A stretch of 64,000 nt of DNA, taken from the NCBI GenBank assembly GCA_965153285.1, contig OZ229122.1; one strand, 5' to 3'. Both the position numbers and the translations under genes were made by a program. Under the pieces are notes generated by a model. That model made no database searches and was not told the origin of the DNA. It worked only from the letters and a program-made list of their open reading frames with translations. How positions within the stretch are numbered: the stretch's first letter is position 1; each line of letters starts with the position of its first letter. Positions 21,898-34,955 of this stretch are shown here, piece by piece. Source of the stretch: Podarcis tiliguerta (Eukaryota).

Positions 21898-22472
21898 CTT
21901 TGCCCCACTCCCTGCCGACTCAGCGTAAAAAGAACTTTTGGTCACTCATAAACCTGCAATGACAGGGGTGAAAGAGAGAACTGTTACAAAGGAGAAACAA
22001 CAGCAAATGAAATAGCAGGAGGCAGTGATGGAACCTGGTGGGCATTGCTGCAGTTTCATACCCACTTCACTAGCTGTCATGAGAGAATGCCACTGAGGTT
22101 AAGTATTTTCATGCAAGCTGACTGCAAGGCAGTTAAGAAAATCAACACAACAGAAGCAGGAGCACCACTACATAATAAGTAACACACCAAGATAAGAACG
22201 AAAATGCTTTAAAAGCGAGGGGAAACGAAGGTAGCTGCAAGCCAGCTTTGAAGCTGCAGACCCAGGAGACACATCTGCAATATAGACCATATTCAAGACA
22301 ACAGAGGGGCACACCTGGAGGACAACATGTAAATCAAAATTATCTGCCTTAACTGAAAAAGTGAAATGCAATTTAAAAATAAAAATGACAACTCAAGTAT
22401 TCCACACACACCCACGGATTATCAACAGAGATTATTATTATCATTATTTATTGAATTTATATACCGCCCTAT

Positions 22473-22901
22473 TAGTAATGTGAGATAAGAATATTCTCCG
22501 GAGAATTTTCTCCACAAACTGCTAATTCTAATGTAAGAACTAGTTTTACAACCCACATTAAAAAAATCTAGTAAATAATAAGTCAAGCTGTGATATTGCC
22601 AGTGTAAGTGGTGTAAGTTAGTGGCAGGCTTAGTGATTAACGTGAGTCATTCACGTTGAATTTTCAATTTAAAGTTTGGTGCAAAAATATCAAAGAATGT
22701 GAATTCAATGCATTGCCCCACTGAATAAAAGTATCTGTAAAGTTTTTTGTTGCCATCTAAACAAGTTTACCCATGAATAAACATGCATATTAACTAATTA
22801 TATCATTTTCAATGCATTAAAATGAATGTTCTCCTATTTTAAATGAAAATTCTCTAATATTCTCATTAATCGAGAATATTCTCGAGAACTTAACATCACT
22901 A
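22473..22901. mobile_element. Non-autonomous hAT-type DNA transposon (429 bp)
   Basis: Perfect 8-bp TSD cgccctat (22465-22472, 22902-22909). Imperfect TIRs TAGTAATGT.../...ACATCACTA, with subterminal AGAATATTCTC palindromes. Confidence 0.85.
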
Positions 22902-23192
22902 CGCCCTATACCCAGAGATCTCAGGGCAGTCACAAGATAAGATTAAGGAAGGGCCTTTTTATATTGTGCTATCATTTAACAATGCTGGCATTCTGAGCTG
23001 CTCTCTACCATCTTTTGCATAAGCCACGGAACTAGCCAACAAAATGGAAGGATAAAGGAAAAGAGTGGCAGGTAGAAGTCAAGTGTGCTCATACCTCTGT
23101 ACTATATACAGCATTTTAGCTATGGTACCCAGATTTCTAGTTTTCTCGTTTGTTTATTTATTTATTTTAAAACCCTTTCTCATACAGAGGTA

Positions 23193-23584
23193 CCATACTT
23201 TTCCGTGTATAAGACTATTTTTTTCTTGAAAAATCATGCTAAAAAATTGGGGACATCCTATACATGGATAGTGAATAGGGTGGACATTTGATTGGTTGCT
23301 GCGTCTATTAGTGGCTATTGTGCGTGTGATTGGTTGCTGCATCAATGGGTGGTGTTGATTGGCTGACACTGTGGCAATTGGGCGGGCAATCAGCAACTTC
23401 TGCTGGCGAGGGGAACAGACGGGAGGTGGATGCTGTGACACGTGCGGGTGAGCAATTTATGGCAACCCCCCCCCCCCAAAAGCTCAACAACCCTGTGTAA
23501 TCTCCCCCCATTTTCTGAAATTTGAGTCCCCAAAAATATGGGGCGTCTTATCCATGGGGGCATCTTATAGACGGAAAACTACAG
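23193..23584. mobile_element. pogo/Tc1-mariner-type MITE
   Basis: TA|CCATACTTTTCCGTGTATAAGA ... TCTTATAGACGGAAAACTACAG|TA. The TIR is related to that of the 19458 element; the interior has repeated GATTGG. Confidence 0.8.
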
Positions 23585-24832
23585 TAAACAGCCTCCTAAC
23601 AAGTGACACTGAGAACATAGGTATACCACAAATTTAATCAGGTTTGAAAGAAACTCATTTAACTGCCACGGTTCCCAACCAAGGAACCACCCAGACAACT
23701 ATAGTCTTGTGAAGAGACCGAAGATCTCTTAACAACATGCTCAACACTCTCCCAAATCGACTGTTCCAACAGTTCTCCGAAGGAAGCCGTGACAATTTAA
23801 GTGATATAAAACTAGTTTCGATTTGTAGAGAGATTGACTCATAATGAAAACCGCCCCCTGGTGAATATATTTCATGAACACAACTATAATAAGTGAGCCT
23901 GGAAAATTCCCAGGATCAAAAGCACTTGAAGTCTGGTGAGGATCAAAGAATTCGTCATGTTCATATCCCATAACTGGGAATAAGAATGTGCAAGGATGCT
24001 TCTGACACTTCTAAGTGCAGGCCAACCTATACCCTGGGAAAGTGAACAGGAGTTCAGTTTTAATACAGCACCGCGTTAGCTGGCAGTGCTATAGCAGGCT
24101 CTGCATAACCTGATTGACAGGCAGAAGCATCCGCCACCACGTCACCACAGAAATACTTTGGACGAAGCAGATACAGGAAGAAGGGGTGTGATTCACCCTA
24201 GATACACAATGCCGATACCTGTCAGAAGCACAAGCCCAATGACATCAAATTACCAGTCGGAACTATTACAGACAAGCCAGTCTAATGCTAGTGGAATGCA
24301 CCCGGTTTCAGCACCTGCCCGTCCAAGGAAGGGAGTTGCAGCAGCTCGAGGCAAAGCAGAAGAATGAAGTTCTGAGGAAGTCCAACCAAGGAGGAGCTGC
24401 CAAGAAAGCTCACTCCCCTGAAACCCTCATGCAAGGCAACCCATAATGGTACTTAAGAGACCGGATAGCTTTGCCAAACTCCAGCTCTGCCAGAGGAGGT
24501 GCGAAGCTTTTTAAAATACTGGCTAAAAAGCAAGTCCAATACTGAATGAAAAAAGCTTGTGAGACCGCAACTCCAGGCATCTCCACCACCACCCTAAGAG
24601 CAGGCGAAAGTAGGCATTTCCCAGCCGAAAGGCACGATCCACCAAGAAGGTTTCCCATACGTGAAATTTTAAAAAGCTGCAAGAATACACATCTATTCTG
24701 GATATGCTCTAGGGCACCTGCAGTTTCCAATGCTAAAAAAACTTTGTTTTTAAAGAAATGCTTCTGACCTTCGTGGTTACAGAGATGTGAAAGAGGATGC
24801 TTGCATCAGCTATTTCCCCCTAAAATATCGAT

Positions 24833-24970
24833 TCCCAAAGTGGTGCCTGCCCTCCAGGTGTTGCTGGACGACAACTCTCAACATCACTGATCACTGGCCA
24901 TGCTGGCAGAGGTTGATAGGAGCTGCAGTCCACTAACACATCTGGAGGGACCCAACTTGCCTATCTCTGG
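24833..24970. mobile_element. Short hAT-like MITE (ACTACAACTCCC family)
   Basis: ccctccaggtgttgctggacgacaactctc ... gagctgcagtccactaacacatctggaggg, a palindromic layout. Confidence 0.65.
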
Positions 24971-25127
24971 TCTCAAATATCCAGGGAACAGAAAATATTA
25001 GGTACCTCCAATTTCAACTTTCATGAGAGGCGCGCAGGCTATGTGGCAGGAAGGAGCATTTCCTCCCAAATAATCATTTTGCTGTCCTTTCCCTAAGTAC
25101 GGCAATGACAAACACAGAACTGTAGAG

Positions 25128-25210
25128 CAGCCTTTCTCAACCTGTGGGTCCCCAGATGATGGGAGTTGTAGTCCAATAACACCTGGGGACCCACAGGTTG
25201 AGAACCGCTG
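25128..25210. mobile_element. 83-bp hAT-type MITE
   Basis: Perfect 8-bp TSD ctgtagag (25120-25127, 25211-25218). TIR CAGCCTTTCTCAACCTGTGGGTCCCCAG / CTGGGGACCCACAGGTTGAGAACCGCTG. Confidence 0.9.
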
Positions 25211-27516
25211 CTGTAGAGGAACAGAGAATTAAATACACTAGGGGGGAAAGCACAATGCAACATAGCACCTCGAGGCAAGCAATCCAAGTTTGCAAAGATG
25301 GTCTCACAGGCTACCCTTAAACAGCTCTTGCAAATAAAGTCATTAAAATCACCAGCCTACTGGATGTTTTGCCTGCCTGTTTGCCTCCACACAACCTTGG
25401 CTAGTCACTTGTGGTCCCCCCCAAAAGAAGGGGGGGGGAGGAAGAAGTGTTTCATTCAGGTTTTCCTACTTGGTCTTCTAAGGAAGATTCCTGCTCGCTA
25501 CAGACAATCTATCTAGTGGTTACCTGCCAACCTTCCTTAAACTGTGACAGGCTGTCTAGAAGTCATCACTGGAAATCTCAGCTCTGCCTGGTAAGACAGC
25601 GGCAGTTGACAAGAGATGGCACAGCCAAGCATCCCAAACTCTGGCAAAGTGACTGAGCCTTCGAAGAGATCAACCTGGAGAAGTGCTGCCACCATGTTTC
25701 ACACCATGAATGAAATGGAAACACTCTCCCTATTGTTAGGTAAATGCTTTTTGTTTTTTGGACCAGTGATATTTTGTTTGACCTATAAGTCGGTCTCCCT
25801 TAAAGCTGGCTGGACGATACTCAACAAGAATATACACGCTTCTATTCCACGGCTTATTTTCCTTCTTCCCGTCCCCACTTGTTTGCAAATCGGGCGCCTC
25901 TACCTTTTATTGTTTAGAACAGGCTAGATATTAGAACTGCAACCCGATTAAACAAATGTCAATTCATTGTCAGACGTCTTTGCCCCAACCAGCTGTTGTT
26001 GAAAGTATTTCATGCTACCAGGATCTATGCATCCTCTGCCGCGTTACTTGTGGTCAACGTCTACAAGTTTACGGGTGCCCAAAGGACAGGCAGTCTAACC
26101 TAACCTGCAGCTGTCCTCAGAGAACTTCTTTTCTCTGCCTGGAATATCAGATCCCCTTATTTACTCAGATCTCCAATTTAGGAATAAAAATGCTAAATAC
26201 TAACATATTCAGTATGAAAGCAATCAAATCAGAGAAATGTACACCCAAGGCTAGATATTTGCCACCACTAGCATTGTACAATAAAGTACTGAAAGATCCT
26301 CACAACTACTTGAAAGGGAATAAAATTGGATGGAAAATAAAACATACCTAAAATAGGAGCTTTCAATCAAGAAGTCACAGAACACAATTTAGTTTGTTTC
26401 ATCTACTGAAGCTCTGCCTCTCCGATTCCATTCCTGTTCCGACTCTCATCCCAGTGTGCAGTCACACTTGGGTTTACAAGCATGCAAAGACGCAATGCCC
26501 ATGATGTGACTACAATGTTATGGGGGCGGTGTGATGGTTTCAAAGCATGGTCACCTGAGGAGGATGGGAAGTGACTGGTCCAAAGGCAGCAAGCCCTCAA
26601 TTAATCACACAGTCTCTGGGAATGCATGTGCTGCAAGACATGTAAGCTGGCAAAGTTAGCCGAAGCTATGCCTAGCATGAAAAACCCTTGATTGACTGAT
26701 GGGAGTTTGTCCCATTGGTTCACTTGCTGTATATAGTAGAACACTGACTTTTTTCCTAAGCAAAACACTGAATCAAGCAACCGTGGAGCAACTTGCCTGA
26801 GTCTCCTCTGCTTTTTGCTCGTGAAAATTTGGTGATTAAACTGTGCACATGATTACTGGGGTGGAGGGGAAGGATCTGAATTTAGAGGGGGAGGATTTAG
26901 AATTTACAAAAAGCACCAAGTGAAGTCGCGTATATTTGAAACACCATTGAAAAGGTATACAAACACTCCATTCTGCCCCTTTTGTGACATTTTCATGTCA
27001 CTTCCGCGTTTGGCGTGATGCGCATGTGCACAATTGCACACATAATGAACATGCGTAAATGCCTGTATCACAATGTGCTGGTCAGCCTTGAAGATGCCAA
27101 AGATGACTCCAAGGTACTATGTCACCATGTTGAAGCTTACTAGTGACTTGTGCTGGAATTTTTATTTTTTATTTTAATTTTGCTGTAGCACTGCTACTGT
27201 GGGAATAGAAGTGATTTAATCATAACAGATGCCCTGGCTCATTAACTTCCCAGAAACACAGTGAGCCAGATATAATCGCCCTCATTATTGCAAAAACAAG
27301 ATGCTGTTTTCTCTCTGCCCAGCATTTACGATATTGACAATTACTTTCCTAACGATGGTCGCCTTTTGCGTGCCTCATATGCCCTAAACGGAACCAAGCA
27401 AACATGTTTACTCCCACAATGCAACTTTCTGTGAATGGCAGCAGCGAGAGAGTGATAAATGCAGCAAAATTGTACAGTATTGGTGATCTCTCAGACATGG
27501 GGAGCAGGCTTTAACC

Positions 27517-27813
27517 CAGGGGTCGGCAAGGTTTACCTCGCCTGGGCTGGTTCACTCCAGCAGAGATCCCTCCGTGGGCTGGATCATGTGGGGCCACAAT
27601 ATCCGCCGTCTGCGTAGACACGATTTTCGGCATCTGAGCATGCGCAGACGCAATTTCCGGCACCGCAGAAGTGAGTCCCCACGCCGCGCTAGTTTAGTGC
27701 AGTGCATGGGGACTTGCCGAGCGGGCGGCTCGGTTCAGGGGCGACTCAGGAGCTGGTTAAACGACCCCCGTGGGCCGCTTGTTTGCCCATGGGCCTTAGC
27801 TTGCCTACCCCTG
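27517..27813. mobile_element. hAT (Charlie-like) MITE
   Basis: TIR CAGGGGTCGGCAA / TTGCCTACCCCTG; TSD ctttaacc / ctttgacc (7 of 8); CpG-rich interior. Confidence 0.88.
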
Positions 27814-29794
27814 CTTTGACCTCTTCCTAGAGCTCACTATTCACCCAAGCACTCCCTATTCTCCAAACTGCTAACACCAGTTAACAATGCTAACTGTGGT
27901 CTAAAAGAACAGGGTGAGACTTCCCATAAAGGCACCCAGCTAAGGGACTGGGCCAGCAGATTATGCCTTTCCTATACTTTACCAAGTTCAGCCAAGAGCA
28001 TCCTCTGAATGTCACTTAAAACAACACAGTTGGACAGCAATGACATGCCAAGAGCCAGTCCACCGACAGTCCTCAATTACAAAACTTCCCCCCTCAGGAG
28101 CTGGTGTTGCATGGGGACTAAGGGACTGAACTATGTGCCATGATGTCCTCAAACAAAATTCTACATCTACCATGAGCTCACCAAGTCCTTTCTCTCTGCC
28201 TCAGTCACCAGGCTGCAAAACGGCAACGGCAACAGAAATTTTGCTTTAACCCCAGCTGCATACCCTCTCGTAGCCTATATTTGAAGTGACTTATGAAATC
28301 CAAGCATAAGCATGGAACTGTTACAAATATATTCTACTGTGTCATTTGTGAAACTCATCTCTGTATTCCACAAAGAGACAATAGCTTTGATGGAAGCACC
28401 AGTCATAAAGCTTACAATATTCAGAAGTTTGGGTAACCAAGAACCTAAAGAAACTATTTCTGGCCAACTTCACCCTGATGATAGAAAAAAATTAAAAGTG
28501 ATTTTAGAAGGTGGACCTCCTTTAATCTTTCCATACTGGGAATAATTGCTTCCGTAAAAAAAATATGTCTTGTCTGCCTAAGTTATTATCTCTTTTCGAT
28601 TTTTCAGCCCAAATTTGGCCATTGAAATATCAGGATCTTAAAAGGCTTGGGTGAATAAATCCAATCTGTATGAAACAGGCAAAACAGGTGGTTGGGGAAC
28701 ACCAAAAATTAACCTGTATTATGAAGCCAATGAGTTAAGACAGGCTACATCCCTAATAACTAGAGATATATGAAATGCATGGGTTCAAATGGAAGAAACA
28801 CACAATATGGAAATTTCAAGAGATGCTATTCTTTCAATGGGCATGCAAATACAGGATAAAAATGCCCCCCCCCCTTTTAATAAGAACAGGCTTCAGTATT
28901 GTTATGGCTGGGGTAGGAGAAAGGTTTATATCATTTAAATGAATTTTACTTGAAACTCTGAGCCACTTGGAGGGTGTTGCAGGAGAAACTTGGAACCCTG
29001 GGATGTAATTGGCTGGTGTTGAAACAAACCACCTCTTTTATATCACAACAAGAAATAAAGGCTCAAGCTGCCCTCACTCTCAAAGATTTTGAACAGCTTG
29101 TACTTTCAAGTGTTGTTTGTTAACATGAGAGGATGGACATCTAAACGATACAGAACATTTGTGTTTCGTGACCTAAAAGAGTGTTGGGAAAGTGACCTAG
29201 GAGATGCCGCAAATGACTCTGATTGCAGGGGGAATTTGCAATAATTCTGCAAGGGCTGAAAGAGCTATGCTCAAAATAGTATGGGGGGCATTATACCACC
29301 GTAAGATTACCTCATATAGTAAAAACATCTTCTGCAAAATGTTGGCAATGTGGTCAGCATAATGGAATGTATTTCTACCTTTGGTGAGAATGTCCTCAGG
29401 AGAATTTACCAAACTGCTGCTCCACACCAGGTACAAACACAAGTACCCTAGAGAGGAAGACTACATCCTTATGAATCACATGGCCACTCCTGAGCCCTCC
29501 AGTCTGTCCAGCTTGTCTATCCATGCCTTGGTAATTCATGCCAGGATCAAGTGCTAGACAGAAGCAGGCATGCCCTGGGCTCTGCTCCTGGTCAGGGAAC
29601 AGGAGCCACTGGAGATTTCATATGGCCCCATCTCCTGGACCAAGCTGATCCCATATATAAACTCCATTGCTTTCTTTTTCTCTTCTGTTCCTTTTTCCTT
29701 TAACGTTAAGAAGCTTTGGCCTGGGTCTTATCTTTTTGTCATCTGTACATTGCTTAGAAAATGTTATGTTCTTTATCAGCTGCTGCTGCTGCTC

Positions 29795-29795
<1 letters not shown>

Positions 29796-29833
<38 letters not shown>
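29796..29833. repeat. (AAT)n microsatellite
   Basis: Direct reading; it explains the poly-Ile run in ORF 29570..29854. Confidence 0.95.
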
Positions 29834-29834
<1 letters not shown>

Positions 29835-30059
29835 AGTCGTATCTTGGAAGTTGAACAGCCTAGTTGTCGAACGTTTTGGCTCCCAAACGATCAAAACCCG
29901 GAAGTGACAGTTCTGCTTTGCGAACGTTCTTTTGGAAGCTAAACGTCTGACGGGGCCTCGGTGGAACTTCCTGCAGCCAATCAGAAGCCGTGCTTTAGTT
30001 TCCGAACTTTTTGGAAGTCTAAGTTGAACAGATTCCGTTCAACTTCCAAGGTACGACTG
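29834..30059. mobile_element. Tc1/mariner (Tigger-like) MITE
   Basis: TA|CAGTCGTATCTTGGAAGTTGAAC ... GTTCAACTTCCAAGGTACGACTG|TA; same family as 45180-45428. Confidence 0.9.
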
Positions 30060-33000
30060 TAATGATGGGATTTAGCAGCAACATCTGTTGATAGGGTAAC
30101 TCAAGGGGGTGGGGGAGGTAGTGGAAAGCGGGCAACTTTTATGTCTCTGATCTCCATTTCCCTGGAATGGCTTGTCTGCCCCCCACTGCCATGTCTGCTC
30201 CTGCCGTATCTCAAATATTTGAACAGGGTACACATCCCTCCTCCCCAGGTACCAATCCTGTAGTCCAGGCACATGCTAACCATTCTTTTAAGAACACTGC
30301 AGCTACAACAAGGCCAGAAAACAATGGTGGTAATGTAATTAGTGCATATGCAAACCAGTAAAAGGAGCAGCATTAATAAGGTGAAGTACAGTTATCAAAA
30401 TCAACACACATTATAGTACTTTAACATATCACTGACCTTCTCCCCCAAAGCCTGTAGTATGGAGAGTGTTAAGAATGCTATCTGAATGGACAGTTGGGGC
30501 AAATTTCTTACAACTGCATAATAAGAGCCGCGAAAACACTTAGAAGACATGAATAGGTCATAGCAGTCTTCCCATTAACCTCCTGCCCAGGGCAAGTAAC
30601 TGACTGGATCCTTACCTGAAACTGCCTTGTAACATCTAGGGACAAGTGTGGGGGCCATCTATCTGGCATTTCTTAAAAACACACCATTTTACTTTATTTT
30701 TTGAAAGGCTGACCTACAGACCTGGAATGCTAGAAACATGTGGGAGATGGGCCTTCCAAGCCGGAAGACAAAACCAGCCCATGATGGAAGTGCTGTAGGA
30801 GACAAGCTAAGGTGGCAGGGCCCAAGAGAAAGCTCTCACATTGATCTGAACACGCCAAGTAGGGCACCGCCGTGGCTTAAATTGAATCAGCTTGCGACTC
30901 AAAGGGATGATTGGATGGGCAACATTGCCACGGGCTGGGAGAGGCGCCGCATGAACAGACACGGCTTCTCAAGCATGGCCTGAGAAAGGTTAAATGGGGA
31001 CTTTGGGATGCAGGTGCCAAAACCCACAGCATCTTGCAAGGAACACCCTAAACCAAATATTGAGGGGAAAGGGGGAACACTTCAAGGAAGTAGCACCTGC
31101 TTCCTCCACCCACTCCAAATTTAGTGCTATTTGTTCCCTCCGTTAGGGCAGCAACAAAACGGAGCAAACAAGCTGGCTCGCTCACTTCTAATATTTTTGC
31201 TCATTCACACCGTCCCCGTATTTTACATTAAGACCCTTTCCAAGATCTACAAGGAATCTGCAGAATAGGACAAACTTTTCAAACATTAGTTATACACGGC
31301 ATTTCCCACACTACCTCTGTCAGGAATATAAACGGTGCTAGATACTTCTGCATGGATTACGATGTGCACAGACTTTCTGCTTAAGCATTCTTTATACGCA
31401 GGAATGTATTCCTCACAAGGCTGCTTGTGTTCAGTCAAGCAAGGCCTTCCTCCATTTGGTTTTCTGAAGAAGAAGATGCTATCGCTTCCTCTCTATGGTG
31501 GACCCTGAAAAGGGGCAGAGCAGACTTATCTTTTTATACTCTGACAACATTTAAATAACTGTTCCAAGGTACAAGGACATGTTCTTCAAACAGCAATCCA
31601 TGCTCCCGCTTCCCTCCTTTATTCATTCAGTAGAATGGACAGCAGGTATCTTGTGTGCGGTGTATGGGCGTGCGTCACATTTTTTATGCTCTCCTATGGG
31701 AAAAGATCCCTGAAAATATAAAAACAAAATAGCAAGCAAAGAGCTAGGCTAGAAAATTTGCTTGTTTTCTATTTCCAGGGAGTGGGTTTCACACAGGGGG
31801 AAGCATTAAAAAAAATGTTATCCCCACCAGCATTCTCAAGTGGAAAAGTTCGCCTTATTCTGCCACATTTGTTGACCCAATCTCAGAAAGCACATTTTGC
31901 AGACTGTATATTTCAGAACGTAAGGAGAGGAGAAAAGGTTGAATACTTGGCCATAAAAGCTCCGCACCTGTGAAAAGCCAGCACACAAAGGAGAAGGCGT
32001 CCAACCTTAAGTGTGAAGGCACATACTTTTTGATGTCAGAGAATAAACATACAGTCCCTAGCAGCATTCCCAAGTCCTAGGAGGAGTATACAGTGGGGTT
32101 TCCCCTGAAATGAACAGGAATTAAACTACATTAGCAGTTGTTAAACTGAAATAATTCAAATAATAACTCCTTTTCCCACAATTACAGAACAGGGAAGAAA
32201 TGCAATCAGTCAGTGCTGTTCATCCTTGTTCTTATAAGAACTAAATCTATCCTTAAAATAAAGGATGCAAGCCAGATGTACACACTTCAGTGGATCAATT
32301 TCCTCAACTTATTCTGATGTCATCAGTATATATTCAAACACAGGGGAAAATGCAACATCCACTTCATATTCCTCAAGAAGGAGATTGATTAAAACTTGAG
32401 AAAGCGCCAAAGGAATCAAAATGCTCTAAATAACGTTAACCTATCAAGCCACACAATTTACTCGAGAAGAGCACTTATCCGGCTTTGTGGCCCATCCTTC
32501 CACCCTAAACCTGACATATCATAGGTGTGTGGTGACCTTGAGTCACTCTATCACAACCTGTGAATTCATTTCCCTCACACACAGCTACTCAGTGATCCAA
32601 ACCCATCAACGTAATCCCAGACTAGACTGTTACATAGACTGCCCTCAGTCTCAGGCATGAGCCCAAAATTACCATCGCTCTTAAGGATTTTGTCTACCAA
32701 TATGAGGCAGCACTATGATTACAACTCCACAAAAAACCCTTTGACACTTTTTGTCTGGTACCAAAAATTCATAGGCCAGGGGTTGCGAAAGTCAGTGCTA
32801 TAAAGAAGGGTAACATTTGGAAATTCCTAAGAACCACCATAACGACCACCATACATACTGAATCATGACATGCCTAGATGGCCATGTGAATGGATTTCAG
32901 GCAATCATGATCATTCCACACAGAACAGCTCATACCAACACTGTGGTGCTTAATCCTCATGCACAGCTACCATTACATTCGCGGATAAATGAGCACACAC

Positions 33001-34382
33001 ATCACTACACTATGCAAACTTGTTACGGCTGACATACAACAGCACTTCCTGAAAAGTTACCATCCACCTCACTTAATATGCCTCAATATATTAATGACTT
33101 GCTTCTAAGTTAATTAATAAGGAGCTGTTCAAGAGGTTTCATCAGGATTTTCACCTTCTCCAGCTCCACAATTTACTTGAGCTTTACCTAACAGCAACCT
33201 ATTATTTCCAGGCACCACAGCTATTTTAAAAGAAAGCCACCTAGAAATCACCTTACACTGTAAGCCGACTGTTCCCTATGCATACCTTTACATAAATGAC
33301 TATTATCCACAATGCAGAAAGCCCCTTCTATATCCAATGATGCAGGCTCTAGTGCATGAAACATTATGCAGTAAGAGATGGAAAGTACTATAGGAATCTT
33401 ATTTGAGGGCTAGTTTTTTGTTGGTATAACCAATGCTAGTTCTGGCTCAAGGTAGTAGTTAGCAAGCTTTCTACATCTCTGTAAATCACTTCCACACTGC
33501 CCGGTCTGCCACCATTCCCCCAAGAAACCTTGCACGTTGCAGAGGATTGAAAGATGTTCAAGGCAGATCCTCAGTCCACGAAAGTGCTTCCCAGGCTTGT
33601 CGGACTTCATTGTAGGAGAGCGCCTGGAACACACCCAATACTCACCTGCAGATGTGTATTAAGGGATAATCAGCAGTGGTTGGTAAGCTGCCTTTCGGGG
33701 AAGCCTGTCTGCTAGTCTTGATTTACTCTTTGAGGAATCTCTGCTATAAGGAAACCCAGGGCTCCCCAGAACAAAATTTGAAAGCCACTGGTTTAGTGAG
33801 AATATTGTTTTGCTGGTTTCACTTGATTTTGTGTCAAGTACTTGAGCCATTACAAGGGGGAAGGTGTACAGCAAGCTGTACAATGTGAAGCGGTGGATTG
33901 GTGTAATATTTTACAGGTACCTCATGCAAAGCTAACATCCCTCAGGCATTCATAAGTTATGGTTCTGCTGTATGCACACTTAATACAGCAAACAATCCAA
34001 GCTTATTTAATGCAGTACTTTGGGATGGATAATTCCGCAGAAACAGCTATATTTTTCTGCAGAATTCTTTTTGTCTAAAAATGAACTATTTTAGAAATCC
34101 AATTAGCAACGTATTGAATGGATACAATGAGTTGTATTCAACTAAGTTCTGGGTGAGATTAGCCCCATTAAAATTAATGAAGCAGTCACATACATTAACT
34201 TCAATGGGTCTACTCTGAGTAGCACTAGCACTGAATATCATCCAATACCAGCCAAAATGGTATTTAATAAACTTTTTCTCCAGGAAGCACATTTTTATGT
34301 ATTATCTGCCTATATAATTTAGCTATCTCCAAAAACATCATCAATATTCCCATATTGCATATAGGGGAAACAGACTTACACA

Positions 34383-34770
34383 GGGGACACGGATGGTGCT
34401 GTGGTCTAAACCACTGAGCCTCTTGGGCTTGCTGATCAGAAGGTTGGCAGTTCGAATCCACGCAACAGAGTGAACTCCCATTACTCTGTCCCAGCTTTTG
34501 CCAACCTACCTAGCAGTTTGAAAGCACGGCAGTGCAAGTAGATAAACAGGTATGGCTGTGGCAGGAAGGTAAACAGTGTTTCCGTGTGCTCTGGTTTCTG
34601 TCACAGTGTTCAGTTGCACCAGAAGCAGTTTAGTCATGCTGGCCAGATGACCCAGAAAGCTGTTCATGGACAAACGCCGGCTCCCTCGGCGTGAAAGCGA
34701 GATGAGCACCACAACCCCATAGTCACCTTTGACTGGACTTAACCATCCGGGTGTTCTTTACCTTTACCTT
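34383..34770 (+). mobile_element. Sauria-type SINE, near full length
   Basis: Head gggacacggatggtgctgtggtctaaaccactgagc...ggttggcagttcgaatcc with A/B boxes, body gtgcaagtagataaacaggta, tail (TTTACC)n. Flanking 14-bp direct repeat ataggggaaacaga (34361-34374, 34774-34787). Confidence 0.9.
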
Positions 34771-34835
34771 ATCATAGGGGAAACAGAGACTGTGAGTGGC
34801 ATGCCAAACATAATCAAGTCAGGGGTCCTTAAAAC

Positions 34836-34955
34836 CAGGGTAGGGGAACCTATGGCCTTCCAGATGTTGCTGCACTACAACTCCCATCATCCCTGGTCGC
34901 TGGCCATACTATAAGGTGAACAGCATCTAGAAGGCCACAAATTTATTGACCCCTG
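34836..34955. mobile_element. Short hAT-like MITE (ACTACAACTCCC family)
   Basis: cagggtaggggaacctatggccttccagatgttgctgcactacaactcccatc ... catctagaaggccaca...gacccctg. Further degenerate copies lie at about 35880-36010, 40450-40585, 43830-43960, 47590-47720, 53195-53280 and 63265-63370. Confidence 0.75.
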
